Part shown: positions 17,362 to 26,130 of the stretch, one piece after another | Numbering within the stretch: the first letter of the stretch is position 1 | Layout: each line of letters begins with the position of its first letter | Source: a virus | Reading direction: 5' to 3' (one strand) | Length of the DNA stretch: 49,077 nucleotides | Virus record (IMG/VR): IMGVR_UViG_3300022073_000015 | The notes under the pieces: generated by a model | Told to the model about the DNA's origin: nothing | Seen by the model: only the letters and a program-made list of their open reading frames with translations | The model's database searches: none | Made by a program: the position numbers and the translations under genes

Positions 17362-17386
17362 AAAAAAATCCCGACTTGCGCCGGGA
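17362..17386 (-). terminator. Intrinsic terminator after 17394..18317
   Basis: Minus strand reads tcccg-gcgcaagt-cggga followed by ttttttt. Confidence 0.65.
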
Positions 17387-17393
17387 CATGTAA

Positions 17394-18317
17394 TCACTCC
17401 CCCAAATGCGCTTTAACACGTGCCACGAACGGACCGATTTTATCCGGGTGGGCGTTCAGGTCAGTCAGTGCAGCCAGACCATCAACGGCGAGCAGTGCGT
17501 TAACCTGTTCCACAGTAATACGCCCATGTCTTTCCGTGAGGAATTTCATCAGACCGGGGAAGTCGTACACCGGTACAGGTGGTGCAACAACTACCGGCGG
17601 TGGTACAGGGATGGGTGGAATACCCGCAACAGTCTGCTCAGTCACCACGCCAGCGTCAGTGTGGAAATCATCGCCCGGCGGTGTTACAGGTGGTTCAGGG
17701 ATGTCATTCATAGACACATGGTCGAGGTTCACCGGTTGCTGCTCGATGTCAAAAGACTGTTCAGTCTCCTCTTTCATCTGCTCACGGTAAGTCAACTCAG
17801 CCTTAACCGACTCAACCAATGCCAACCACTCTGCCTCATCCATGTCCTTCGGCTTACGACGCAGACGCCACGTACCGTCGGAGTTGAGTGCTTTACTGGC
17901 AGAGTGGATACGCTCGTCCCACGGTGTGCCGGTTGAGTCAACAGGGTCAGCAATTTCCTCGACCGTGGCAATGTATCCTTGTGAGAAATTACCGTCACCC
18001 AGTGGGATAGGGTCGCCGACTAATTTCCGTTCGGTAATGATGTGCGTTGCGCCAAGCGATTCAACCTGTAGCGTGGTCGTGTCAACTTCCGGCTCTTTGC
18101 GCTTACCCTGCAACTCTTCACCCTCGCAGCGCAATTCTTCCATCATACGCGGCGCGGCTTGTTGCAATTCATCCAGCGCTTTACTCAATGCCTCTTCGTT
18201 GATTTTAAGCTGGAGCGGTACACCGTGCGCCAGTGCCATTTCTTCCAGTGCTTTACCAAACGCACGCAGCGCAATGTGGTCGTCGTTCGGGATGGTTAAG
18301 GTGATAAGGTTGGTCAT
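17394..18317 (-). CDS. Acidic, Pro-rich hypothetical protein carrying the DSTGTPWDERIH motif
   Basis: ATG at 18317 with a GGAGAG RBS (the ORF track extends to 18440). 307 aa. Confidence 0.5.
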   Translation of the reverse strand: MTNLITLTIPNDDHIALRAFGKALEEMALAHGVPLQLKINEEALSKALDELQQAAPRMMEELRCEGEELQGKRKEPEVDTTTLQVESLGATHIITERKLVGDPIPLGDGNFSQGYIATVEEIADPVDSTGTPWDERIHSASKALNSDGTWRLRRKPKDMDEAEWLALVESVKAELTYREQMKEETEQSFDIEQQPVNLDHVSMNDIPEPPVTPPGDDFHTDAGVVTEQTVAGIPPIPVPPPVVVAPPVPVYDFPGLMKFLTERHGRITVEQVNALLAVDGLAALTDLNAHPDKIGPFVARVKAHLGE

Positions 18318-18348
18318 TACATACTCTCCGTTGTTGTCGATGTGGTGA

Positions 18349-18377
18349 ACTCTATACCAATCTGACGCACTCGTCAA
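18349..18377 (-). promoter_or_regulatory. Dyad-type promoter (site c): TTGACG-N17-TAGAGT, dyad 18362-18377
   Basis: Minus-strand reading. Drives 17394..18317. Confidence 0.65.
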
Positions 18378-18391
18378 CACTAATTTTAAAT

Positions 18392-18434
18392 TTGACACGG
18401 GGTGGGTGGTGATGCACAATGACGGGAGCGTCAA
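18392..18434 (+). promoter_or_regulatory. Rightward promoter TTGACA-N17-CACAAT with dyad site d (aTGACGggagCGTCAA, 18419-18434) over the start-site region
   Basis: -35 at 18392-18397 and -10 at 18415-18420. The dyad starts inside the -10. Confidence 0.5.
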
Positions 18435-18454
18435 CAACAATGGAGAGTAGAGAG

Positions 18455-18628
18455 ATGAATAAGAAACGTAAAATCCGTATGATTGAGTGCCCGCTCTGTG
18501 AGCGCCCCATCCCCATGAGTCGTAAATTCAAAGAGGACGGTCGAGAATACAATATTACCATTTGCCCACATTGTTCACTTTGTATAGATAACGATTACGT
18601 CAAGAGCTGGCTGGAGAAACCCTTATGA
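18455..18628 (+). CDS. Small zinc-ribbon protein
   Basis: ATG at 18455 after ggagag. Contains CPLC...CPHC. Confidence 0.5.
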   Translation: MNKKRKIRMIECPLCERPIPMSRKFKEDGREYNITICPHCSLCIDNDYVKSWLEKPL

Positions 18629-18795
18629 AAATTAAACAACTGCTCCGGCCCTCTTACGGCTGGTACAACTCGGTCAGTAAGAAGGACAAATGGTTCCTCG
18701 ACGATGTGCAGATACCAATGTATGTGGCACGTAAATTAATCAGAAAAGCACGCATGGTCGAGTCGAACAACGTGCGCAAAGTGTGGGAGTTGTGA
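18625..18795 (+). CDS. Small hypothetical protein (56 aa)
   Basis: ATGA overlaps at both ends. Not in the ORF track because it is under 60 aa. Confidence 0.4.
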   Translation: MKIKQLLRPSYGWYNSVSKKDKWFLDDVQIPMYVARKLIRKARMVESNNVRKVWEL

Positions 18796-20531
18796 TGACA
18801 CCTGTACTATCACCCGTTGCTGATGCGGTCAGTGATGCAACACGTCCAAAGTTACGACCGTATCAGCAGGAACTTAAAAATAATATTTACAACCACTGGA
18901 ATGACCACCCGCACAGTAATGCGCTGGCGGTGTTGCCGACTGGTGCAGGTAAGACAGTTTTCTTCTCGTCGGTGATTGCGGACGTCGCCGGGGCAACCTG
19001 TGCTGTTGCACACCGTCAGGAACTGGTCAGTCAGATTAGTCTTGCACTGGCGCGTAATAAAGTGCGTCACCGTATCATTGGTCCGACAAATGTTGTGAAG
19101 ATGATTGTCCGGCTGCACATGGAAGAAGTGGGTCACAGTTATTATGACCCGAACAGTCGTCATGCTGTCGCCGGTGTTGACACCCTTGTGCGTCGCGGCG
19201 ACCAGCTTGCTAACTGGCTACCTACTGTAAAATTATGGGTCATGGACGAAGCGCACCATGTGCTGCAAGATAATAAATGGGGCAAAGCAGTCAATATGTT
19301 CCGTAATGCGCGTGGGCTGGGTGTGACTGCCACGCCATCACGTGCGGACGGTTGCGGGCTGGGTTCACACGCTGACGGCGTGTTTGACAAAATGTTTGTC
19401 GGCCCATCCATGCGTGACCTGATTAATATGGGCTACCTGACCGATTATAAGCTTTATGCGCCGCCCAGTTCTTTCCGTCGTGACGCTATTAAAAAGGTCA
19501 GTCAGACGACTGGTGATTTCGTTGCATCAGAGGTAAGTAAAGCGGTCAATGAGTCCAGTCTTGTCGCACATGATGAAAAACAAATTGTGGGTGACGTGGT
19601 GCGCACATACCAGAAACTGCTTAACGGTATGCTGACGGTCGTATTTGCACCCGATGTGGCGACCGCCACAGAGCTGGAAAAGCAGTACAACGATGCGGAC
19701 ATCCCAGCAAAGTGTGTACACGGTGCAATGCCGGATGCTGAACGTATCAATGCCGTGCGTAAATTTAAAAACCGTGAATACCTCGTACTGACATCAGTGG
19801 CCATTTTCGATGAAGGCTTTGACTGCCCCGCGATTGAGGCGGTACAGGATGTATCAGCCACGGAATCTTTCGGACGGTTTGTGCAGCGTGCAGGACGCAT
19901 GTTGCGTCTGAAAGGCGGTAAGGATTTTGGGCGTTATGTTGACCACGTGGGCAATATTGAACGTCACGCTGTGATTGTTGACCACCCGGAAGGAACAAAA
20001 ATTGAACTGTGTCACCGGGAGTGGACACTTGACCGGCGTGAGAAGTCAGGTGGTAAAAGTGAGAAGTCAGCAGTACGTTCCTGTGTTGCCTGTACCAGCA
20101 CGTATGAACGTTACCTCAAAGCGTGCCCTTACTGTGGTGAACCAATACCGCAACCAGCAGCAGGACAGCGCAGCAATGTAGAATGGGTGGACGGGGATTT
20201 AAACGAGCTTGACCCCGCTGTACTGGCGCAGCTACAGGGTGAAGTTATTGGCGCACGTGAGGACGTCAATCAGTACCGAGATAAAATGATTGGTCACGGT
20301 TTACCACCTCACGCTGTGAAGAGAAACGTTAAATTACATGAAAACCGCCTTGACGCGCTCGTCAAACTTGACCTATCATTAGCCACATGGGCCGGGTATC
20401 GCCGTGCGGAAGGTCTGAGCGACAGTGAAATATTTCGCAAATTTTATCTTTCGTTTGGAATTAGTTGGATCGAGGCACAGGCGCTCAAAGCGGCTGATGC
20501 GGATAAATTAAGAGAGAGGATTGGGTTATAA
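18795..20531 (+). CDS. Superfamily 2 DEAD/DEAH-box helicase with a C-terminal zinc ribbon
   Basis: Walker A LPTGAGKT and motif II MDEAHH. CVAC...CPYCG. ATG at 18795. Confidence 0.8.
   Translation: MTPVLSPVADAVSDATRPKLRPYQQELKNNIYNHWNDHPHSNALAVLPTGAGKTVFFSSVIADVAGATCAVAHRQELVSQISLALARNKVRHRIIGPTNVVKMIVRLHMEEVGHSYYDPNSRHAVAGVDTLVRRGDQLANWLPTVKLWVMDEAHHVLQDNKWGKAVNMFRNARGLGVTATPSRADGCGLGSHADGVFDKMFVGPSMRDLINMGYLTDYKLYAPPSSFRRDAIKKVSQTTGDFVASEVSKAVNESSLVAHDEKQIVGDVVRTYQKLLNGMLTVVFAPDVATATELEKQYNDADIPAKCVHGAMPDAERINAVRKFKNREYLVLTSVAIFDEGFDCPAIEAVQDVSATESFGRFVQRAGRMLRLKGGKDFGRYVDHVGNIERHAVIVDHPEGTKIELCHREWTLDRREKSGGKSEKSAVRSCVACTSTYERYLKACPYCGEPIPQPAAGQRSNVEWVDGDLNELDPAVLAQLQGEVIGAREDVNQYRDKMIGHGLPPHAVKRNVKLHENRLDALVKLDLSLATWAGYRRAEGLSDSEIFRKFYLSFGISWIEAQALKAADADKLRERIGL
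20349..20378 (+). promoter_or_regulatory. Intragenic dyad-type promoter (site e): TTGACG-N18-TATCAT
   Basis: The 16-mer TTGACGcgctCGTCAA is identical to site a. Lies inside the helicase 3' end, about 150 nt upstream of the first methyltransferase gene. Confidence 0.4.
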
Positions 20532-21241
20532 TGGATATTAAAACAGAGAACACATGGTTAATGTTTGGTGATTGTCTGGAGCGCATGAAAGAAATACCGG
20601 ATGGTAGTGTAGATTTGATTTTGTGTGATTTACCGTATGGTACTACACGGAATAAGTGGGATAGTGTCATAGAACTGCCATCGATATGGGCCGAGTACAA
20701 GCGCATTTCCCGTGGCGCTATCGTGCTCACTGCGCAGTCACCATTCGACAAGGTTCTTGGCGCATCAAATATCGACATGCTTCGATATGAGTGGATCTGG
20801 CAAAAGACGAAAGCAACAGGCCACTTGAACGCAAAGGTTCAGCCGATGAAAAATCATGAAAATATCCTCGTTTTTTACAAGTCACTACCAGTGTACAACC
20901 CACAGGGACTGGTAAGGAAAGCAGTTCCAACCATCAGAAAGGGTAGAAGCAACGGTACGAACTACGGCAAATCAGACAAGGATGCGATTCAGGAATTTGA
21001 GAACTACCCGCGCTCAATCATTGCGATACCAAGCGAAGGCAAAACCGTTCACCCCACGCAAAAACCCGTAGAACTTATGGAATACTTAGTTAAAACTTAC
21101 ACTAATGAAGGTGACACGGTGCTCGACAATACTATGGGTAGCGGCACCACCGGTGTAGCGTGTAAGAACACAAATCGCAAATTCATCGGCATTGAAATGG
21201 ACCCAACTTATTACGGTATCGCATGTGGGAGAATTTTATGA
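20531..21241 (+). CDS. DNA methyltransferase (N6A/N4C, beta class), paralog 1
   Basis: CDLPYG (DPPY-type motif IV), HPTQKP, and TVLDNTMGSGTTGVA (motif I). Confidence 0.85.
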   Translation: MDIKTENTWLMFGDCLERMKEIPDGSVDLILCDLPYGTTRNKWDSVIELPSIWAEYKRISRGAIVLTAQSPFDKVLGASNIDMLRYEWIWQKTKATGHLNAKVQPMKNHENILVFYKSLPVYNPQGLVRKAVPTIRKGRSNGTNYGKSDKDAIQEFENYPRSIIAIPSEGKTVHPTQKPVELMEYLVKTYTNEGDTVLDNTMGSGTTGVACKNTNRKFIGIEMDPTYYGIACGRIL

Positions 21242-21714
21242 CAACCCCAACACTTCTCGAATGGCAACGTAAGCACGGTATCACGGCTGAGGCGCTGGCT
21301 GACCTTGTGGACATTGTGGGGCTGGATGTCCCACGCTCAACCAAAGATACACCCGAGGCGCGTGTACAGGATGAGGCGCGACTGCTGGCAAGTAAGATGG
21401 GCTGGCGACTTTTTCGCAATAATGTGGGTGTCCTGAAAGATGAGCGCGGTGTACCGGTACGTTACGGTATCTGCAACGACTCCCCGGCGATGAACAAACG
21501 TATCAAGTCGAGCGACCTCATCGGCATCCGCCCCGTGGTTATCACGCCCGATATGGTTGGGTCAACCATTGGTCAGTTTGTGGCGCGTGAGATTAAAAAA
21601 GCAGGGTGGAAGTACAAAGGGACGGAACACGAAGAGGCGCAGCTTGCATTTGGTACACTGGTTATCGGGCTGGGTGGTGATTTTAAATTCTGGAATGGTG
21701 AGGGAGATTTGTGA
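21238..21714 (+). CDS. VRR-NUC domain nuclease
   Basis: PD-(D/E)XK signature SSDLIG...AREIKK. ATGA overlaps on both sides. Confidence 0.6.
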   Translation: MTTPTLLEWQRKHGITAEALADLVDIVGLDVPRSTKDTPEARVQDEARLLASKMGWRLFRNNVGVLKDERGVPVRYGICNDSPAMNKRIKSSDLIGIRPVVITPDMVGSTIGQFVAREIKKAGWKYKGTEHEEAQLAFGTLVIGLGGDFKFWNGEGDL

Positions 21715-22370
21715 TGGATATTAAAACAGAGAATACGTGGCTAATGTTTGGCGATTGTCTGGAACGTATGAGGGAGATTCCAGACGGTGGTATTGATATG
21801 GTTTTGTGTGACATTCCTTATGGTGAAGTTTCTCAAAAAAGTTCGGGTTTGAGACTGCTTGACAGAGGGAATGCCGACACATGTAACATTGACCTGATTG
21901 AAATGACAAACGAACTGAACAGAGTTTGCAGTGGTTCTTTTTATATTTTCTGTGGAACTATGCAAATCAGCACGCTGGTAGAAAATTTTAAAAACATTGG
22001 TTTAACTACCCGCGTCGGGGTATGGGAAAAGACTAACCCCAGTCCAATGAATGGTACAAAACTTTGGGTAAGTGGACTTGAATTTTGTGTGTTTGCTCGA
22101 AAACCAAAATCCACTTTCAACGAACATTGTCAAAAGGCGTTATGGCAAGCACCATCCGGAAGAGCGAAAATACATCCCACAGAGAAACCTGTCAAACTAA
22201 TTGAGCGGTTGATTATTGCATCGAGTAACGAAGGCGACACTGTACTGGATAATACGATGGGCAGCGGTACTACCGGTGTTGCGTGTCGCAATACAAACCG
22301 CAAATTTATAGGTATTGAAATGGACCCCACATACTATGGTATTGCTTGTGGTCGCATACTGAGTAGTTGA
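21714..22370 (+). CDS. DNA methyltransferase (N6A/N4C, beta class), paralog 2
   Basis: CDIPYG and HPTEKP. Its C-terminal 45 aa differ from paralog 1 at a single residue. Confidence 0.85.
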   Translation: MDIKTENTWLMFGDCLERMREIPDGGIDMVLCDIPYGEVSQKSSGLRLLDRGNADTCNIDLIEMTNELNRVCSGSFYIFCGTMQISTLVENFKNIGLTTRVGVWEKTNPSPMNGTKLWVSGLEFCVFARKPKSTFNEHCQKALWQAPSGRAKIHPTEKPVKLIERLIIASSNEGDTVLDNTMGSGTTGVACRNTNRKFIGIEMDPTYYGIACGRILSS

Positions 22371-22395
22371 CCATCCCGTCAACGCGTGTCATACT
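22367..22395 (+). promoter_or_regulatory. Dyad-type promoter (site f): TTGACC-N17-CATACT, dyad TTGACCatccCGTCAA
   Basis: Overlaps the stop codon of methyltransferase 2. Points into the TetR-like gene. Confidence 0.5.
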
Positions 22396-22426
22396 GGCTG
22401 CAATACTAACAGATACGGACTTAATC

Positions 22427-22708
22427 ATGAGCAAAGATACTATTTTAGAAGTAGCTTACACAATGGCACAACGTGACGGTTTCGGTACTCTTACACGCGA
22501 CGGTGTTGCGGCGGAAGCTGGTGTAGCCATGGGTAGTATAAATCATCACTGGGTGGTCATGTCTGCATTGCGTGATGCCGTAATGCAACGGGCTGTAGAA
22601 GAAGAAAATCTTGAAATAATCGCACAAGGGATTGCATTGGGTGACAAAATCGCAAATGCGGCACCACGTGCGATTCGAGTCAAGGCCGTGAATGAGTATC
22701 TTTTGTAA
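22427..22708 (+). CDS. Truncated TetR-family-like HTH DNA-binding protein (93 aa)
   Basis: ILEVAYTMAQRDGFGTLTRDGVAAEAGVAMGSINHHW matches the TetR_N helix-turn-helix pattern. No room for a ligand-binding domain. Confidence 0.5.
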   Translation: MSKDTILEVAYTMAQRDGFGTLTRDGVAAEAGVAMGSINHHWVVMSALRDAVMQRAVEEENLEIIAQGIALGDKIANAAPRAIRVKAVNEYLL

Positions 22709-22723
22709 AGGATCGTCTTGACG

Positions 22724-23407
22724 ATGGCTGGAAAAGCTTTAACAACGGAGGAATTTGTCAGCAGGGCTACAAAAGTACATGATGGAAAATACCGATATGA
22801 CAAATCGGTGTATACAGTTGGTACGATTCAATTGATTATCACTTGTCCTGAACACGGGGATTTTAAACAAATCCCCAGTAGTCACTTACGGGGGTGGGGT
22901 TGTCAGCATTGCGGAGGAAAATTAAAAAGCAATACGAATCTATTCATCAAAAAGGCACGTGAAATTTATGACGATAAGTATTCTTATGAAAAAGTAAAAT
23001 ATGTTCGCAATAAAATAAAAGTCACAATTACTTGTGCCAAACATGGAGATTTTACACAGACTCCAAATCATCATCTCAGAGGTGTAGGTTGCCCGAGGTG
23101 TGCAAAACATGGTTTCAACCCCTCAAAAAATGGAACGCTTTACGCACTTCGTTCTACCTGCGGTCAGTATGTCAAGATAGGCATAACAAATAATTTCGAG
23201 CAACGTTTTCACGCTTTAAAGCGCGTAACACCATTTGACGTATCCGTCATTGAGCGTATAGAATGTGACGGACAAACCGCCTCACAGTTAGAGAAGATGT
23301 TTCACAGAGAGTTTGAATCGGCTGGTTTTATGGGATTTGATGGTGCAACCGAGTGGTTGCGATGGTCAGCAGAGATACAACACTGGTTAAGGTTATTAAA
23401 ATGTTAA
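22724..23407 (+). CDS. T5orf172-domain protein with two Zn-ribbon modules (homing-endonuclease-like)
   Basis: Two VH(D/-)GKY.Y...CP/CAxHG...GCxxCG modules. The C-terminus (GTLYALRS..YVKIGIT...GATEWL) is homologous to that of 2287..3333. Confidence 0.6.
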   Translation: MAGKALTTEEFVSRATKVHDGKYRYDKSVYTVGTIQLIITCPEHGDFKQIPSSHLRGWGCQHCGGKLKSNTNLFIKKAREIYDDKYSYEKVKYVRNKIKVTITCAKHGDFTQTPNHHLRGVGCPRCAKHGFNPSKNGTLYALRSTCGQYVKIGITNNFEQRFHALKRVTPFDVSVIERIECDGQTASQLEKMFHREFESAGFMGFDGATEWLRWSAEIQHWLRLLKC

Positions 23408-25656
23408 AACAATATATTCCTTATTCTTTGGTAAAAGTCGGAGATAAGACGGTGAAACGTCCTCACGGTTCCACTACCAATCCGAATGACTGGATGACAC
23501 GTGAGGAAGCAGCTGCGAAGGGTGGGGATGGTGTAGGCTTTGTGTTCACGAATGATGACCCATACTTCTTTATTGATATTGACCACTGTCTTGTTGATGG
23601 GCAATGGTCACCGCTAGCGATGGAACTGTGTCGGGCATTCGCCGGGTGCTATGTCGAGATTTCACAAAGTGGAACAGGTCTTCACATCATCGGTAGCTAC
23701 TCTTCCATACCGGAACACTCCTGCAAAAATATAGCGCTTGGTCTTGAACTCTATCACACTGAAAGATTTGTTGCTTTGACTGGCTCAAGTGCGCAAGGGT
23801 CATGGGAACACGATGCTACCGGGGCGCTAAATACAGTAATTGCGCGCTATTTTCCGAAAGAAGAATCCACGGTGTCAGTGAAATGGACAAACTCACCACA
23901 GGTGGGTAGTAACCCGATTGAGGATGATACGAAACTCATTGAAAAAGCGTGTGCGGCTAAGGAGGGGGTTTCGGTTGTTTTTGGCGGTAAGGCCACTTTC
24001 AAAGACCTATGGAATGGCGTGGTATCGGAAGACGACGACCGTTCATCGCTTGACTCATCTCTCGCCACCCGGCTTTTATGGTGGACAGGTGGGAACTGCG
24101 AAAGAACTAAATCGCTGATGCTACAGAGTGGTCTTAAAAGAGATAAGTGGTTCACCAATAAGTCGTATCTGGAGCGCACCATCCTCAACGCCGCCGGACT
24201 TCTTACAACCTATTACAGTGTCGGTGCACCGATTGAACTCGTGACCCCTGCTCAGGTTGTGGAATCTAATACACCAATTATCCGCAGTGGTTATCAGTTT
24301 ATTGGTGGATCTCAATTATTAGACCATTTCAAAGGCTGCGTGTATGTGGCAGACAGTCATCGCGTACTAACCCCAAATGGTCAAATGCTGAAATCGGAAC
24401 AATTCGATGTTATGTACGGTGGTTACGCCTTCGCGTTAGACGACAGTAACGAAAAAACAACAAAGTCTGCCTTTGAAGCCTTCACACGGAGTCAGTGCAT
24501 CATGTTCCCGAAGGTTGACCGCTCGACATTCCGTCCGGATTTACCGCAAGGTGCGATTATTGAAGAGGACGGATTACGCCACGTTAACGCATATGTACCG
24601 GTAACTGTAGCGAGCACGCCAGGTGATGTGACACCTTTCCTCACCCATCTGGCTAAACTGTTACCGGTGGAGCATGACCGTGCTATTTTACTGGCGTACA
24701 TGGCAGCATGTGTACAACACAAAGGCACTAAATTTAAATGGGCACCTCTTTTGCAGGGTGTTGAGGGTAATGGTAAAACATTATTCACACTGTGTGTTAT
24801 GGAAGCGGTCGGGTCGCGCTACAGCCACATGCCACCAGCGCAGGAAATTGGCGAAAAATTCAACGCATGGTTGTTCGATAAAATATTTATCGGCGTGGAA
24901 GATATCTACGTTCCTGAGCAAAAACTTGAAGTGATTGAAATACTCAAACCGATGATTACCGGTGAATACCTGGCTAAACGTGCAATGCAGCAGGACCAGG
25001 TGATGCACCGGCTGTGCGCTAACTTCATGTTCAACAGTAATCACAAGAACGCCGTGCGCAAGACCGCTAATGACCGACGTTTTGCCATTTTCTACACTGC
25101 ACAGCAGGAGCATGCTGATATTGTGCGCAGTGGGATGGACGGCGATTATTTCCCCAACCTGTACGAATGGCTCAAGCGTGGCGGCGGTTTTGCCGCAGTA
25201 ACTCACTATCTGGAGAATTACGCCATCCCTGACGCGCTCAACCCGGCAACACATTGCCAACGTGCACCGGAGACAAGCAGCACTCACGAGGCAGTTACTG
25301 CGTCACTGGGTGGTGTGGAGCAGGAGATTATGGAAGCGATTGATGAAGGTCGTCAGGGCTTTGCAGGTGGATGGGTGAGCAGTAAGGCACTGGACAACCT
25401 GTTGCGCTCAATGCGTGCGGAACGTCAGATACCACCGGGTAAACGCCGTGACCTCATGATGAGTCTGGGATACGACTGGCACCCGGCGCTCAAGGATGGA
25501 CGTGTGAACAATGTGATAATGATTGATGGCGGTAAGCCACGCCTTTACATCAAAGTGGGTCACATCCACGCCAACCTTGAACGTGCGGCGGATGTGGAGC
25601 GCTATTATGCAGCGGCGCAGGGTGATACAACCGCACTTGCAATGACAGCCCCGTGA
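23401..25656 (+). CDS. Bifunctional primase-polymerase (AEP) / D5-like SF3 helicase
   Basis: AEP motifs FFIDIDH and SQSGTGLH. Walker A GVEGNGKT. ATG at 23401. Confidence 0.85.
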   Translation: MLKQYIPYSLVKVGDKTVKRPHGSTTNPNDWMTREEAAAKGGDGVGFVFTNDDPYFFIDIDHCLVDGQWSPLAMELCRAFAGCYVEISQSGTGLHIIGSYSSIPEHSCKNIALGLELYHTERFVALTGSSAQGSWEHDATGALNTVIARYFPKEESTVSVKWTNSPQVGSNPIEDDTKLIEKACAAKEGVSVVFGGKATFKDLWNGVVSEDDDRSSLDSSLATRLLWWTGGNCERTKSLMLQSGLKRDKWFTNKSYLERTILNAAGLLTTYYSVGAPIELVTPAQVVESNTPIIRSGYQFIGGSQLLDHFKGCVYVADSHRVLTPNGQMLKSEQFDVMYGGYAFALDDSNEKTTKSAFEAFTRSQCIMFPKVDRSTFRPDLPQGAIIEEDGLRHVNAYVPVTVASTPGDVTPFLTHLAKLLPVEHDRAILLAYMAACVQHKGTKFKWAPLLQGVEGNGKTLFTLCVMEAVGSRYSHMPPAQEIGEKFNAWLFDKIFIGVEDIYVPEQKLEVIEILKPMITGEYLAKRAMQQDQVMHRLCANFMFNSNHKNAVRKTANDRRFAIFYTAQQEHADIVRSGMDGDYFPNLYEWLKRGGGFAAVTHYLENYAIPDALNPATHCQRAPETSSTHEAVTASLGGVEQEIMEAIDEGRQGFAGGWVSSKALDNLLRSMRAERQIPPGKRRDLMMSLGYDWHPALKDGRVNNVIMIDGGKPRLYIKVGHIHANLERAADVERYYAAAQGDTTALAMTAP

Positions 25657-25671
25657 CAGGGGCTTTTTTTT
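25647..25671 (+). terminator. Intrinsic terminator after the primase-helicase gene
   Basis: agcccc-gtgaca-ggggct followed by a T8 run. Confidence 0.8.
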
Positions 25672-25681
25672 GTAATTAGTA

Positions 25682-25710
25682 TTGACGGACTCGTCAAGGT
25701 GAGATAGATT
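25682..25710 (+). promoter_or_regulatory. Dyad-type promoter (site g): TTGACG-N17-TAGATT
   Basis: Dyad TTGACGgactCGTCAA at 25682-25697. Points into 25743. Confidence 0.65.
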
Positions 25711-25742
25711 TAACTCATCGAAACGAACTGAGGGTTAATAAA

Positions 25743-26129
25743 ATGAAAGCTGGTGATAAATTTACTTTCGAAGGTGTTGAATATTTTTTCTGTATGGAGT
25801 CAAAAAGAAACGGTGGTGGTACTCATTTCTTTGCACAACAAATGAATTGTGCAAACACCAAAATGCGTCAAATTGCGTATGCAGACCTGATTGTCGATAC
25901 CGCTGAGATTGAAAAATTGAACCCACGTTTTGTTGCTTTCACTGTTCTTACTGGCTGTGAGGAAAAAGGAATTGTGCGTAATTCCAAATTCATGTCATTC
26001 ATCGGCGAAATGCTCACCAAATATGCCAAATCGAAAGGCTACACTCATACACCACACTCACCCTTTCATATTCAAAATCACGATGATTTTACAAGTTTTA
26101 TCATCAGTCAACCAAAGTCGGGGCTTTAA
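25743..26129 (+). CDS. Hypothetical protein
   Basis: 128-aa ORF downstream of promoter g. Confidence 0.5.
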   Translation: MKAGDKFTFEGVEYFFCMESKRNGGGTHFFAQQMNCANTKMRQIAYADLIVDTAEIEKLNPRFVAFTVLTGCEEKGIVRNSKFMSFIGEMLTKYAKSKGYTHTPHSPFHIQNHDDFTSFIISQPKSGL

Positions 26130-26130
26130 C

